Made by a program: the position numbers and the translations under genes. 64,000 bases of DNA from Thermoproteota archaeon (GTDB taxonomy: Archaea; Korarchaeota; Korarchaeia; Korarchaeales; Korarchaeaceae), in assembly GCA_027491415.1 (NCBI GenBank), contig JAOZFH010000028.1, forward strand, positions 12,465-76,464. Reading direction: 5' to 3'. The notes under the pieces were generated by a model. It saw only the letters and a list, made by a program, of their open reading frames with translations. It was not told the DNA's origin and ran no database searches. Position 1 is the stretch's first letter, and every line of letters begins with the position of its first letter. Of the stretch, positions 7,394 to 17,346 are shown piece by piece.

Positions 7394-9727
7394 TCAACCC
7401 TCCCGCAGCCCCAGAGCGAGGGGGAATGCAGCCTGGCCCAGGGCAATTCCCCCGTCGCCGGCCGGAACCCTCGAGTTCAGCCTCACCTCTAGGTCCCGCT
7501 CGGCCAGGGCGTCCTCCACCCCCCTGACGAGCAGGGTGTTCACGGCGGCGCCCCCCGAGACCGCCACGAAGTGGGCGTCCAGTCGCGCCGCGGCCTCCCC
7601 CGCAACCTCACCGAGCGCGCGCCCCAGCAGGTACGTCGCGGTGTAGGCGAGGTCCCCGGCGTCGGCGTCGCCCAAGCGCTCCATCACGGACTCGACCAGG
7701 CGCGAGGTGTCCACCACCGCGACGCCGCCCCGGCTAACCGGGGCCTCGACGCCCTCGACCAGTTTCCCGCCCCTCGCGCGGGCCTCCAGCTTCATCGCCG
7801 GCTCTCCCTCGTAGGTCCTCTCGAAGCAGACCCCGAGAAGCGCCGATACGGCGTCCAAGATCCGCCCGGCGCTGGATATCCTCGGCGTTCCCGGATCTCT
7901 GGCCTGCGACAGGGCCACCCTGGCCTCGACCTCGCCCCTCGGCAGCCTCTCGGTCAGCCCGTGTCGTGACAGCGTCTCGATCACCTCAGAGTCCGACATG
8001 AACGTGGAGAGCACGCCGATCAGCATCCTGACGGGCCACCTGGTCGCGAGATCGCCGCCGGGCATCGGCTGGGGCGCGAGGTGCCCCACTCTCTCGAAGC
8101 CCCTGTACCCGGCGACGAGGACCTCCCCTCCCCAGAGGGTCCCGTCCAGCCCGTAGCCGAGGCCGTCAACCGCCACGCCGACGACCCTCTCCCCTACTGG
8201 CACCCTCTGCTCGGCCATGACGGAGAGGATGTGGGCGTGGTGGTGCTGGACCGTCGCCAGCTCCACCCCGGCGCGCCGTGCCCACCTCTCCGCGAGCCTC
8301 CGGCTCGCGTATCCAGGGTGGGCGTCGGCCACGAGCGTGGCCTCGGCCGGATCTATGCCGTAGGCGCCGCAGAAGAACCTTAGGGCCCTGTCGAGGTAGT
8401 CCAGGTTCTCGAGCTCGTCGGTGTCCCCTATGAACTGGGTGAGCACGACCTTGTCCCGGAAGGCCACGGCCCCGGCACTCTGAAGCTCCGCGCCGAACGC
8501 CACGACGGGTCTCTCCAGCTCGGCGGGGAGCCTTATCCAGGCGGGGGCGTATCCCCTGCCGCGCCTGAGCATGGTCACCCTGCCGGCGGTGAACCTGACG
8601 ACGCTGTCGTCCACCCTGTTCACGATCCGCCTGTTGTGGTGGAGGAAGTAGTCCACGAACCCGGACAGCCTTCGCCTGGCGCACTCCTCGTCGGTGCACA
8701 TGGGCTTGCCGTGCTCGTTGCCGCTGGTCATGATGAGGATCCTGTCCCTGGTCTTCCTCAGCAGCATGTGGTGCAGGGGCGTGTAGGGCAGCATGACCCC
8801 GACCGTGTCCAGCCCGGGCGCGACTAGGTCCGATATGGGCGAGCCGGGCCTCCTCGGCAGCAGGACGATTGGCCTCTCCGGACTGGTCAGGAGGGCCTCC
8901 GCCTGAGGGTCGACCTCCACGTGCTCCCTCGCCGCGTCTAGGTCGAGGGCCATGAGAGCGAAGGGCTTCTGGGGCCTCCTCTTTCTCTCCCTCAGTCGGG
9001 CCACGACCCCGTCGTCCGTGGCCAGGCAGGCGATGTGGTACCCGCCGACCCCCTTTATCGCCACCACCGCGCCCTCATCGACCAGCCTGGCCGCCTCTGA
9101 GATCGGGTCCTCCACCTCAAGCCTCTGACCGCTGGAGTCCTCCATCCAGAGCCTAGGCCCGCACCTGGGGCAGGATATGCCCTGGGCGTGGAACCTCCTC
9201 ACGTTATCGGGATCCTCGTACTCCCTCCGGCAGTCGTCGCATAGCGGGAAGTCCCTCATGGATGTGTTTGGCCTGTCGTAGGGGACGGCCTCGATCATGG
9301 AGAACCTGGGGCCGCACCAGGCGCAGCTGTTGAAGGGGTATCGGTAGTGCCTGTCCCGCGGGTCGTAGACCTCTCTCAGGCAGTCCTCGCACACCGCCAG
9401 GTCCGGGGAGATCATAGAGTACAGCTTGGCCCCCCTCCTACTCGGGAGAATCTTGAACTCCCTCAGGCCCGTTGGCTGATCCTCGACCATGGCGAGCTCC
9501 TCTATCCTGGCTGGAGGAGGCTTCTCCAGCAGCAGGAATCTCAGGAACTCTGCTATCTGCCCCTCGTCTCCCTCGACCCTTATCTCCACCTCGCTGCCGC
9601 CCATGTTCCTGACGTATCCGGCCACTCCCGCCTTCCTCGCCGCTCTGTGAACGAACGGCCTGAATCCAACTCCCTGAACTATGCCTGAGATCCTCAGGAC
9701 AGCGGCCTTGCGGGGTCTTGGGCGCAC
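7394..9727 (-). CDS. hypF: Hydrogenase maturation carbamoyltransferase HypF
   Basis: GIVQGVGFRPF acylphosphatase motif, CxxC zinc fingers, QHHHAH and PAGDGGIALGQ. Confidence 0.97.
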   Translation of the reverse strand: MRPRPRKAAVLRISGIVQGVGFRPFVHRAARKAGVAGYVRNMGGSEVEIRVEGDEGQIAEFLRFLLLEKPPPARIEELAMVEDQPTGLREFKILPSRRGAKLYSMISPDLAVCEDCLREVYDPRDRHYRYPFNSCAWCGPRFSMIEAVPYDRPNTSMRDFPLCDDCRREYEDPDNVRRFHAQGISCPRCGPRLWMEDSSGQRLEVEDPISEAARLVDEGAVVAIKGVGGYHIACLATDDGVVARLRERKRRPQKPFALMALDLDAAREHVEVDPQAEALLTSPERPIVLLPRRPGSPISDLVAPGLDTVGVMLPYTPLHHMLLRKTRDRILIMTSGNEHGKPMCTDEECARRRLSGFVDYFLHHNRRIVNRVDDSVVRFTAGRVTMLRRGRGYAPAWIRLPAELERPVVAFGAELQSAGAVAFRDKVVLTQFIGDTDELENLDYLDRALRFFCGAYGIDPAEATLVADAHPGYASRRLAERWARRAGVELATVQHHHAHILSVMAEQRVPVGERVVGVAVDGLGYGLDGTLWGGEVLVAGYRGFERVGHLAPQPMPGGDLATRWPVRMLIGVLSTFMSDSEVIETLSRHGLTERLPRGEVEARVALSQARDPGTPRISSAGRILDAVSALLGVCFERTYEGEPAMKLEARARGGKLVEGVEAPVSRGGVAVVDTSRLVESVMERLGDADAGDLAYTATYLLGRALGEVAGEAAARLDAHFVAVSGGAAVNTLLVRGVEDALAERDLEVRLNSRVPAGDGGIALGQAAFPLALGLREG

Positions 9728-9772
9728 CGCCTCATCCTCGGTCGGGGGGTAAAAAATGGCGCCCCACCGTGG

Positions 9773-9801
9773 GTAACACCGTTAAGTGGAATCAGTAACA
9801 C
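9773..9801. promoter_or_regulatory. Candidate NikR-like operator GTAACAC-N15-GTAACAC
   Basis: Lies between divergent hypF and the cbiM remnant, with TTAAG inside the spacer. The same half-site and 22-bp period recur at 17281..17331. Confidence 0.55.
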
Positions 9802-9832
9802 CCATTGGCAATAGACTGCCCCGGGCGGGGAG

Positions 9833-10650
9833 ATGCCCATACCCAACGGCTTCCCGGATCCCATAACCTCTCTCGCCTTTTTACGCCATATCCCTGGCCG
9901 TGATAGCGTTTAGCTACAGGAGGTGCTTCTCTGACGGGGGTGTGTCATCCTTGTCGGTGATGGCCGCCGCCATCTTCGCGGCCCAGATGCTGAACTGGCC
10001 GATCCCAGGGGCACCAGCGCGCACCTCGTGGGAGGAGCCCTCGCGGCCATCATCCTCTGCCCGTTCGGCGGATGCCTCGCCACGTTCCTGAACCTCGTCG
10101 TTCGGTGCCTCCTCGTGGGCGACGGCTGCATAAACGCCCCTGGGGGCCCTCGACATGGCGGTCGTCAATGCCTTCGCGGGGTACTGGATCTACAGGGCGG
10201 CCCTGAAGCTCTTGGGGGAGGGGGATTGGCGGCCTTCTTCGGGGGTGGATTGGCATATACCTTGGCCGCGCGGAGGATGTCCCTCTTGGTCACGGTCCCC
10301 ATCATGGCCGCCTGGCAATTCGCCCTGGGTTGGTGGAGGTCGCAGCCACGGGCGCCGATATTCTCGTACCTCGCGAGGAGGCCTCCGCACCGCCTGAGCA
10401 GCGGCCAGACGCCCAGGGTCGCCCTCGCCCGACTACTGGCGCACTATCCTAAGATAATCCTCTTGGACGGACCCACGGGCTCGCTGGATCTAGAGGGATC
10501 CTCCTAGACGCTAGGCGGAGGAAGATCGTGTTCGTGGCCACGCAGAGTTCAGACTTGGCGGCCGAGTTCGCCGACGGGGTCTATCTGTAGGTGGAGGGAC
10601 GCATTCGTTCCTCGGGTCAGCCTTAAGAGGTCTCCTCGATGGCGGTGCGC
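9833..10650 (+). pseudogene. cbiM: Decayed Ni/Co ECF transporter: cbiM/nikM remnant joined to the 3' part of a cbiO/nikO ATPase
   Basis: MPIPNGFPDP (degenerate MHIPDGFLD), MAAAIFAAQMLNWPIPG and SAHLVGGALAAIIL...GDG are spread over several frames. These are followed by LSSGQ..RVALARLLAHYPKIILLDGPTGSLD (stop) and VATQSSDLAAEFAD. Confidence 0.85.
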
Positions 10651-10760
10651 TAGAATCTGTTGGAGTGGTTCCCCACGGCCGTTGGAGTGGTCAGGGTCCT
10701 GTTCCCCCCGCCGACGCTGGGCGGTGGACTAGGCCCGCAAACCTGGATCGCCGGGATCAG

Positions 10761-11933
10761 TCAGATGACCCCGAGTTCCCTCCCAACTTCTTCCGCAAGC
10801 CCCCCTCCGCCGAACTTCGCCCATATGGCGCAGGTCCCCTCAGAGGACACCATGCACGGGCCGTAGGGGCTCTCCGGGGTGCACGCCCTGAGGAACATGG
10901 GGCAGTCTGTGGGCCTCGCCATGCCGAGGGTGACCTCGGCGCACCTGCAGCCCGGGGGGAGGTCCCTCTCCCACGCCTCCGGCGTGAGTTCCGGTATCCC
11001 GTAGGCCTCGAGCGCGTCGTACCTCCGAAACTCGCCCTTGAACGCCAATCCACTGGCTGGGACGAATCCTATCCCCCTCCAGCCGGCGTCCACCACGTCA
11101 CACGTCTCCCCCATGAGCCTCTGCGCCTCTAAGTTCCCATCCCAGCTCACCACCCTCGAGTACTCGTTGACCAGCCTGGCCTTACCTTCCCTGACCTGCC
11201 TCAGGATCTCGAGGATCGCCAGAAGGACGTCTATGGGCTCAAAGCCCGCGACCACGGTCGGAATCCCGTACTCCTCCGGTATGAACGCCCAGGCCTTCGC
11301 CCCCGTGATGGCAGACACGTGCCCAGGGGCTATTATGCCCCTTATCGGGGCTTCGGGGTGTGTCTCGAGCACGTACCTCGTTATCGGAGGAGTCAGGCGG
11401 TGTACGTTGATGAACCTCAGGTTGTCCGGCGCGTCTCCGGCCCTTATCGGCGCCAGGGTCGCCGGCGCGGTGGTCTCGAATCCCACCGCCAGGAACACCG
11501 ACTCCTCGCCGTCCTCGCGTGCCATTCTGACCGCGTCAAGTACGCTGTAGACGACCTCCACCCTGCCGCCCCGCGACCTGGCCTCCTCCAGGCTCTTAGG
11601 GAGGTCCGTCTCCGGAGGACCCTGGAGCCTGTAGGAGTCCCCGTACGTGAAGATCCTTATTCCGTCCATCGCCAGCCTGACGGCAGCCTCGACGTAGTAC
11701 CCGGGGGTCACGCAAACTGGGCACCCGGGCCCAGCGACGAGTTCTACGTTGTCCGGCATCAGAGACCTTAGGCCGTAGTGCGTTATCGTCCACTCGTGCG
11801 TTCCACAGAAGTCCATTATCTTGACTGGACCTTGCAGGCCGGCTGCTGCCTTCCTTATGGCCGAGGAAGCCTTCAGCGCCAGGTCCCTATCCCTGAATTC
11901 CCTCAGGGGGGCTCTAGAGGAGTCTTGCCCCAT
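10761..11933 (-). CDS. hypD: Hydrogenase maturation protein HypD
   Basis: CGTHE, GPGCPVC, GFETT, PGHVS and GPCMVSSEGTC. Confidence 0.97.
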   Translation of the reverse strand: MGQDSSRAPLREFRDRDLALKASSAIRKAAAGLQGPVKIMDFCGTHEWTITHYGLRSLMPDNVELVAGPGCPVCVTPGYYVEAAVRLAMDGIRIFTYGDSYRLQGPPETDLPKSLEEARSRGGRVEVVYSVLDAVRMAREDGEESVFLAVGFETTAPATLAPIRAGDAPDNLRFINVHRLTPPITRYVLETHPEAPIRGIIAPGHVSAITGAKAWAFIPEEYGIPTVVAGFEPIDVLLAILEILRQVREGKARLVNEYSRVVSWDGNLEAQRLMGETCDVVDAGWRGIGFVPASGLAFKGEFRRYDALEAYGIPELTPEAWERDLPPGCRCAEVTLGMARPTDCPMFLRACTPESPYGPCMVSSEGTCAIWAKFGGGGLAEEVGRELGVI

Positions 11934-11980
11934 CCGCTGTCACCCTGTACCGGTTGGGAAGAAGGCCCTCGCGATCAGAC

Positions 11981-11995
11981 AAAAAAGGAAGGGGG
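11981..11995 (-). terminator. Oligo-T terminator candidate after isp2
   Basis: CCCCCTTCCTTTTTT on the minus strand, about 15 nt after the isp2 stop. Confidence 0.45.
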
Positions 11996-12009
11996 CCGGG
12001 CCGGCGAAC

Positions 12010-13350
12010 TCACGCCGGCTCGATTCTCTCGACCAAATAGGTGGCGAGGTGGAGCACCTCGACTTCTGGACCGTAGAGGGATGCCCCCCTCTGGATGGTC
12101 TCCACGCACACAGGGCACGCCGTGACCACGATCTCTGCCTCGCTCTGTTTGACGTCGCGCATCTTCCTCTCTATCGACTTGAGGTAGGCCTCTTCGGCCT
12201 TCGCGATGAAGTTACTCTCCCGCTCCGAGAGCTCGAACTTCATGCCGGTCAGCTGACCCATGGCCTCGTGCAGCTCCCTGGTCATGCACCCCATGCCGCT
12301 CCCTCCCCCGCAGCAGTAGGACTCTGCTCCGTGGTGTGGGAGTTCCCTGAACTCCGTCGTGGCTTCTCTCAGGAGGATCCTGGGCTCTGGTATGACCCCA
12401 CTGGCGCGGGCCAGCTTGCAGGGATCATGCCATGTGACCTTGTCGCTGCCCGACTTGAACTTCACCTTCCCCTGCCTCAGCAGCTCGACTAGAAACTCCG
12501 CGAGGTGCAGGACCCTGTACTCTGGGACCCTGCCGACCACGCCCGGCAGCTCGAACCTGAGGTCAGTGTACGGGAAGCCTCCGTCGGATAGGAGCACGGT
12601 CTTAGCCCCAAATTCCTTGAGGTAAGAGTCGATTGCCGATAGGACGGTCTTCTTCTGTTCCAAGTTACCTGTCACCGACCCCACGGCCGGTCTTATGGCC
12701 AGGGGCTTTGACGGCATCGTCCAGTCGACTCCAATCTTGCTCAGGATCCGGATCGTGTTTACCACGGAGTCCGGGACGAACATGGCCTCCGCGAGCCACG
12801 GCATGTAGAGTACTTGGGCGCCCTTCTTGTCGAGCGGCAGGTCGCCGCCCACAGCCTCGCTGGCCTTGTCAAGGATCTGCTGCCAGACCCTCGCCAGGCC
12901 CTCGTTCTCCATGAACCGGCCGGACGCCTCGAACTGCTCGAAGGCCTTGAGGATCGTCGGGGTCATCCCGATGGAGTCGACGAAGGTCCTGAGGACCGAG
13001 ATCATGCTCCCGCTATTGATGCCGAAGGGGCACACCGTGTAGCAGTGCCAGCAGTTGGTGCACCTGTAAGCGACCTCTCTGATCCACTCAAGCTCTTCCT
13101 CCGTCTTGGGTATCTTTGCGTGGACCAGCGGACCTAGGAGGCGCCCGCTCACGGTCATGACCTTCCTATACATGAATCTCAGCTCTTCTGCCTTGTTGAC
13201 CGGGCTGTACAGCTTGCTGATCGGCGTGTATGGACAGACGGACTCGCAGGCTGCGCAGGCCACGCAGTTCTCTAGGAAGTGCAGCTGGACTGGATCGACC
13301 CTCTTCAGGGCCTTCTTCACTGCAGGTACCACTGCCTCCATCTCAGACAC
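12010..13350 (-). CDS. isp2: Isp2/HdrD-like Fe-S subunit (2x[4Fe-4S] plus CCG domain)
   Basis: CVACAACESVCP and CTNCWHCYTVCP; C-terminal HDPC...YCCGGG...TACPVC. Start may be ATG at 13341. Confidence 0.85.
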   Translation of the reverse strand: MSEMEAVVPAVKKALKRVDPVQLHFLENCVACAACESVCPYTPISKLYSPVNKAEELRFMYRKVMTVSGRLLGPLVHAKIPKTEEELEWIREVAYRCTNCWHCYTVCPFGINSGSMISVLRTFVDSIGMTPTILKAFEQFEASGRFMENEGLARVWQQILDKASEAVGGDLPLDKKGAQVLYMPWLAEAMFVPDSVVNTIRILSKIGVDWTMPSKPLAIRPAVGSVTGNLEQKKTVLSAIDSYLKEFGAKTVLLSDGGFPYTDLRFELPGVVGRVPEYRVLHLAEFLVELLRQGKVKFKSGSDKVTWHDPCKLARASGVIPEPRILLREATTEFRELPHHGAESYCCGGGSGMGCMTRELHEAMGQLTGMKFELSERESNFIAKAEEAYLKSIERKMRDVKQSEAEIVVTACPVCVETIQRGASLYGPEVEVLHLATYLVERIEPA

Positions 13351-14134
13351 CCCTCGTCCAGACGAGGTCGTACCACTCGTGCAGCTTCCCGTACCAGTAG
13401 CCGAACACGAAGTGGAAGAACTTGGTGAACGGCAGCAGGATCAGGAGCACCTCCGCTCCCAGTATGTGAAGCCCCAGGACTGTCTTGTAGACGCCTATCT
13501 CACCACTCGGGAGGTGCTGGGTGGCCATGAACCCGGTGACCAAGATGAAGAGAAGGAGCAGCAGCGCGACGAAGTCGCCGATGCGCACGTAGCTGACCTT
13601 GCCCACGACCTTCTTGGGTATCTTCTCCACGACCTTGAAGACCGTGGCCACTATGGCTATGATGGCGAGCACGTCTCCGTTCAGCACGACCGTTAGGGGG
13701 CCCCAGATCGTGTTCACGAATATGCCCGACATCCCGCTCACCGGCGTTACTGGGGCCGTGACGGTCAGCGCGGCGGAGGTTGCGCTGGGAGGAATGGCCA
13801 GCCTCTTGAGGGCGGCGTATGGCGGGAAGTAGTAGGCCCACCAAGTCACGTGGTGGCTGAAGAGGAACAGGAGGGGGATGACTCCCAGTATGTGAAGCCC
13901 CAGGAGCCCCGACGCAAACATGATCCTCTCTTCCTTTATGGAGAAGTAGATGGGATAGGCGAAGGTCTTGACCAGGTGCACCAGGGAGTGACCTATTGAC
14001 CTGGCCCTGCGCCTGGGCCTCACCGTCCTCTTGTATACAGACAGGTATCGGGCGATCCTGTAGACCATGCCCGCCGCGAACCCCAGGACCGCTGCGGGGA
14101 GCATCTCATACACGGCGAACTCGTAGACCGTCAT
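13343..14134 (-). CDS. isp1: Isp1/NarI-like membrane cytochrome b subunit
   Basis: Multi-TM protein with candidate heme His ligands (GLHILG twice) and LPFTKFFHF; sits in the hydrogenase operon. Confidence 0.82.
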   Translation of the reverse strand: MTVYEFAVYEMLPAAVLGFAAGMVYRIARYLSVYKRTVRPRRRARSIGHSLVHLVKTFAYPIYFSIKEERIMFASGLLGLHILGVIPLLFLFSHHVTWWAYYFPPYAALKRLAIPPSATSAALTVTAPVTPVSGMSGIFVNTIWGPLTVVLNGDVLAIIAIVATVFKVVEKIPKKVVGKVSYVRIGDFVALLLLLFILVTGFMATQHLPSGEIGVYKTVLGLHILGAEVLLILLPFTKFFHFVFGYWYGKLHEWYDLVWTRGV

Positions 14135-14146
14135 CTGTAGACCCCC

Positions 14147-15919
14147 TCACGCGGTGCAAAGGGGGCTCACGAGCCTCTCTATCTTCCTGTTGCCGATGAA
14201 GATGTGCACGGAGCAGGCTATGCACGGGTCGAAGCTCCTTATGGCCCTGACCATGTCAAGTCCGGTCCACTGATCCTCGGGCACCTCCTCCGTGATCTCG
14301 GTACCGATGACCGACTGCTCGAACGGACCGGTGTGCCCCCACCTGCCCTTCGGGCTCAGGTTCGCGGTGGTCGGGGCGTGGACCTGGTAGTTCTTGATCT
14401 TGTAGTCCTTCACGACGATCCAGTGTCTCACGCTCCCTCTCGGGGCCTCGTCGAAGCCGAATCCGATGGCCCAGGACGGCTTCTTCCACGGCCTCGAGGT
14501 GTCGAGGTTGCCGGACTTCACCATATCAAGCGCGGCGAGCAGGTAGTGCCAGGCTGCCATCGCGTCCAGCGCCACGTTGTAGGCCCTGGCCCTCATCCTC
14601 TCTATGGTGGTGGACGCCCCAACAGAGGGTATCTTCCACTCGAACTCCATGGCGTCCCATGTGCCTGACGGGAGCTCGAGCACTCCGTTGGTCTGCGGCA
14701 GCTCGATCTTCACGCTCCCGCCGCTGTGGAGCGCCATAGCCCACATCCTGGCAATGGGCCCCACTTCAATCGGGTGGACCTTGCCGTCCTTCCAGACGAT
14801 CCTGACCGTTCCGGTCCACGTGTACTTCGAGGCCCAGTCTTGGGCTACAGGGTTCGGGATCGTCGTCTTGTTCCACGGGTGATACTTCAGGAGGTCTCCG
14901 TTCCCCCAGACGAGTGGGGTGCCGGCTGGATCCTTGTCGACAAAGGTGGTGTCCCAGTCCTTGTAGAATCCCCTGTCGACGAGCTCGACGGTGCTCACAT
15001 TCATGTCCGTGAGTCTGTCGCTGACCAGCTCCCCGTCGAGGATCAGGCCGGGCTTGATGAACCTCGCCCTGCCGGCGTCGTCTATGTTGGAATAGATCTC
15101 CTCGTAGCTCTCACCCAGGGAGGAGTAGGTCTCCGGATCCTCAAAGATGCCGACTGACATGAGGTTGGGTCTCTCGTAGGTCATGCCCTGTCTCTCGTAG
15201 CCTATTGAGTTGTAGAAGTTGGCTATGTCCTCCCACACGGCGACTACCATCTTGACCCAGGCCGTGAGCTTGGTTAGCCTGTAGGAGTATTGGATGAGGG
15301 TGTCAGGGGTGACAGTCGCGCCTATTCCTCCAGGTATCAGCGTCCTGGGGTGCGGATGGGTGCCGTACAGGAGGACACCAGCCTGTCTGGCCAGCCTCTG
15401 CATCTTAAGGGCCGTTATGTATATCTTCCCCTCGAGGGGGTTGAGCCCGTCCATCAGGTCACCTACCGTCGAGAACCCGTGAATGTCAGAGTGCTCGGCC
15501 TTGGTCTGCTTCGCCTCGTCGTAGACGCTTGGGGTGAGCTTGGAGACTACCGCGCCGCTGTAGTCCGGCCCAGCTAGGATGTTGAGGTGCGTCGGGTGGT
15601 CGTAGATGTGGTCAGTGACCACCCAGGCCAGGTTCCTGATGACCACGCCGAACGGAGTTGGAACAGCCCCAAGAGCCATGTCGCAAGCCCTGACGGATGC
15701 GTTCGCGTGGCTGGCCGCGCACACCCCGCATATCCTGCTGGTCAGGTGCGGCGCGTCGGGAGGCTCTCTCCCCCTGAGGAATATCTCGAAGCCCCTGAAC
15801 ATCGCCGAAAAGGCCCAAGCCTCTTTTACGGTCCTCGTGGTCGTGTCGACAACCGCGTTCAGGCCCAGGTGCCCCTCAATCCTGGTTATGGGATCGATGA
15901 AGACGGTCTTCTCTCCCAT
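14147..15919 (-). CDS. hynL: [NiFe]-hydrogenase large subunit (group 1, Isp-type)
   Basis: IDPITRIEGH, L1 SRICGVC, L2 RSFDPCIACSVH and a cleavable C-terminal tail. Confidence 0.95.
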   Translation of the reverse strand: MGEKTVFIDPITRIEGHLGLNAVVDTTTRTVKEAWAFSAMFRGFEIFLRGREPPDAPHLTSRICGVCAASHANASVRACDMALGAVPTPFGVVIRNLAWVVTDHIYDHPTHLNILAGPDYSGAVVSKLTPSVYDEAKQTKAEHSDIHGFSTVGDLMDGLNPLEGKIYITALKMQRLARQAGVLLYGTHPHPRTLIPGGIGATVTPDTLIQYSYRLTKLTAWVKMVVAVWEDIANFYNSIGYERQGMTYERPNLMSVGIFEDPETYSSLGESYEEIYSNIDDAGRARFIKPGLILDGELVSDRLTDMNVSTVELVDRGFYKDWDTTFVDKDPAGTPLVWGNGDLLKYHPWNKTTIPNPVAQDWASKYTWTGTVRIVWKDGKVHPIEVGPIARMWAMALHSGGSVKIELPQTNGVLELPSGTWDAMEFEWKIPSVGASTTIERMRARAYNVALDAMAAWHYLLAALDMVKSGNLDTSRPWKKPSWAIGFGFDEAPRGSVRHWIVVKDYKIKNYQVHAPTTANLSPKGRWGHTGPFEQSVIGTEITEEVPEDQWTGLDMVRAIRSFDPCIACSVHIFIGNRKIERLVSPLCTA

Positions 15920-15937
15920 CCAACCTCACCTCCGGTC

Positions 15938-17182
15938 TCACTCTTCCCCCTCCTCCGCCTCCCTGGCTGGCTTGGTCGTGAGGTAACCCGCCGCGGCGCC
16001 GAGTACCGCGGCCGCGCCGGCTATCCCGGCGAGGGTGGTGAGGCGCGGTATCTCGGGGGCGGGCAGCGGCTTGTAGAAGGGCTCGAAGGCGTCCGGGAAT
16101 CCTGGCATGGTGCAGCCTATGCACACTCCGCCGGTCCTCGTGGGTCCGCCGACGCCGTCGATCCACCCGACCCGGTTCCACGGACAGTTGCTCACGGGGC
16201 CCTTACAGCCGACGTCAAACAGGCACTTGAAGTTGTTCTCTCCCGGCTCCTCCCTGTGGTCTCCTGCCGCGTAGAACCCAGCCCTCGGGCACTGCTCGTG
16301 GGTGGTTCTTCCGAAGATGTACTCTGGGCGCCAGTACCTGTCCAGCTTGGGAAGGGGCAGGATACCGTCGACGGCAAGGATCAGGTGGCCCAGGGTCCGG
16401 AGGATGGCGTTACCGTTGGCCGGGCAGCCGGGTATGGCAATGGCGGGCCTGCAGTCCGAGGTGGGGGACACCTGAACGGTTCCCCGGCCCTCTATGAAGT
16501 TGAGGAACGGCCTGGCTTCCTCCCACCTCCTGATAGCGCCGGCTATCCCCCTCACCGGATCGTCGAAGAATCCAAACGCGCCCGTTGGGCTCTCGCCGTC
16601 GGCCGTGTACCCATCCTCCAGCACCCTGCTGGCTACGATCCCACCGTAGCATGCGCAGTTCCCGATGGCGACCACCGCCGCGGCCCTCTTCAGCAGCCTC
16701 CTGAACCACTCGTTTCCGGTGATGGGCCTGCCATTCTCCTCACCGAGGACGAACCACCAGCCTCCCGTCTTGGCGGCCGCTTCCTCTGTTGGGAAGGAGC
16801 CCTCGAGCACCAGCACGTACGGGTCTAGCTCACCGTTCTCTGCCTTGTGGAGGTACTCGATGGCGGCCTCTCCCCACTCCGGCATTATGGTCTCGTGGAA
16901 AACCACCCTTACTTTCCCGGGTCCTATGGCCGGGTTCTCTCCCACCAAGACCTGTATCAGGTCGGGGGCGTTCCCCTCTATCATCGAGATGGTGTTGCCG
17001 GCGCAGTCTTGGGCCTCAAACCAGATCAGGTTCACCGAGCCGGACTGCAGGGCCTGGGCCGCTGCCTTCTGCAGCTTGCTTAGATCGGCCAGGAGGAGTG
17101 ACGCCGCGGCGGATACCTTGAGGAAGTCCCTCCTGCTGATTGTAACGGGCGCCCTCTCCGGCATCTGCTCTCCCTCGGCCAT
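15938..17182 (-). CDS. hynS: [NiFe]-hydrogenase small subunit with Tat signal and C-terminal membrane anchor
   Basis: SRRDFLK Tat motif, QDCAGN, GNCACYGG, PGCP, HEQC...CLFDVGCKGP...CIGC, and a hydrophobic tail. Confidence 0.95.
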   Translation of the reverse strand: MAEGEQMPERAPVTISRRDFLKVSAAASLLLADLSKLQKAAAQALQSGSVNLIWFEAQDCAGNTISMIEGNAPDLIQVLVGENPAIGPGKVRVVFHETIMPEWGEAAIEYLHKAENGELDPYVLVLEGSFPTEEAAAKTGGWWFVLGEENGRPITGNEWFRRLLKRAAAVVAIGNCACYGGIVASRVLEDGYTADGESPTGAFGFFDDPVRGIAGAIRRWEEARPFLNFIEGRGTVQVSPTSDCRPAIAIPGCPANGNAILRTLGHLILAVDGILPLPKLDRYWRPEYIFGRTTHEQCPRAGFYAAGDHREEPGENNFKCLFDVGCKGPVSNCPWNRVGWIDGVGGPTRTGGVCIGCTMPGFPDAFEPFYKPLPAPEIPRLTTLAGIAGAAAVLGAAAGYLTTKPAREAEEGEE

Positions 17183-17280
17183 TTGGGATCACCTTAAGTG
17201 TATAGAAGTGAAATCATTGACAGATCTAAAATAATAAAAACGGAGCGCTATAATCCTGGCCGGAGCCGGGCCCACGGGCA

Positions 17281-17331
17281 GTAACTATAGTAAAGATTTG
17301 TGTTAATACTATAACGGGTAAATAGTAACAC
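17281..17331. promoter_or_regulatory. Candidate NikR-like operator: three half-sites at 22-bp period
   Basis: GTAACTA-N15-TTAATAC-N15-GTAACAC in the AT-rich divergent promoter between hynS and the maturation operon. Confidence 0.55.
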
Positions 17332-17346
17332 CGAGGTGCGACCCTG

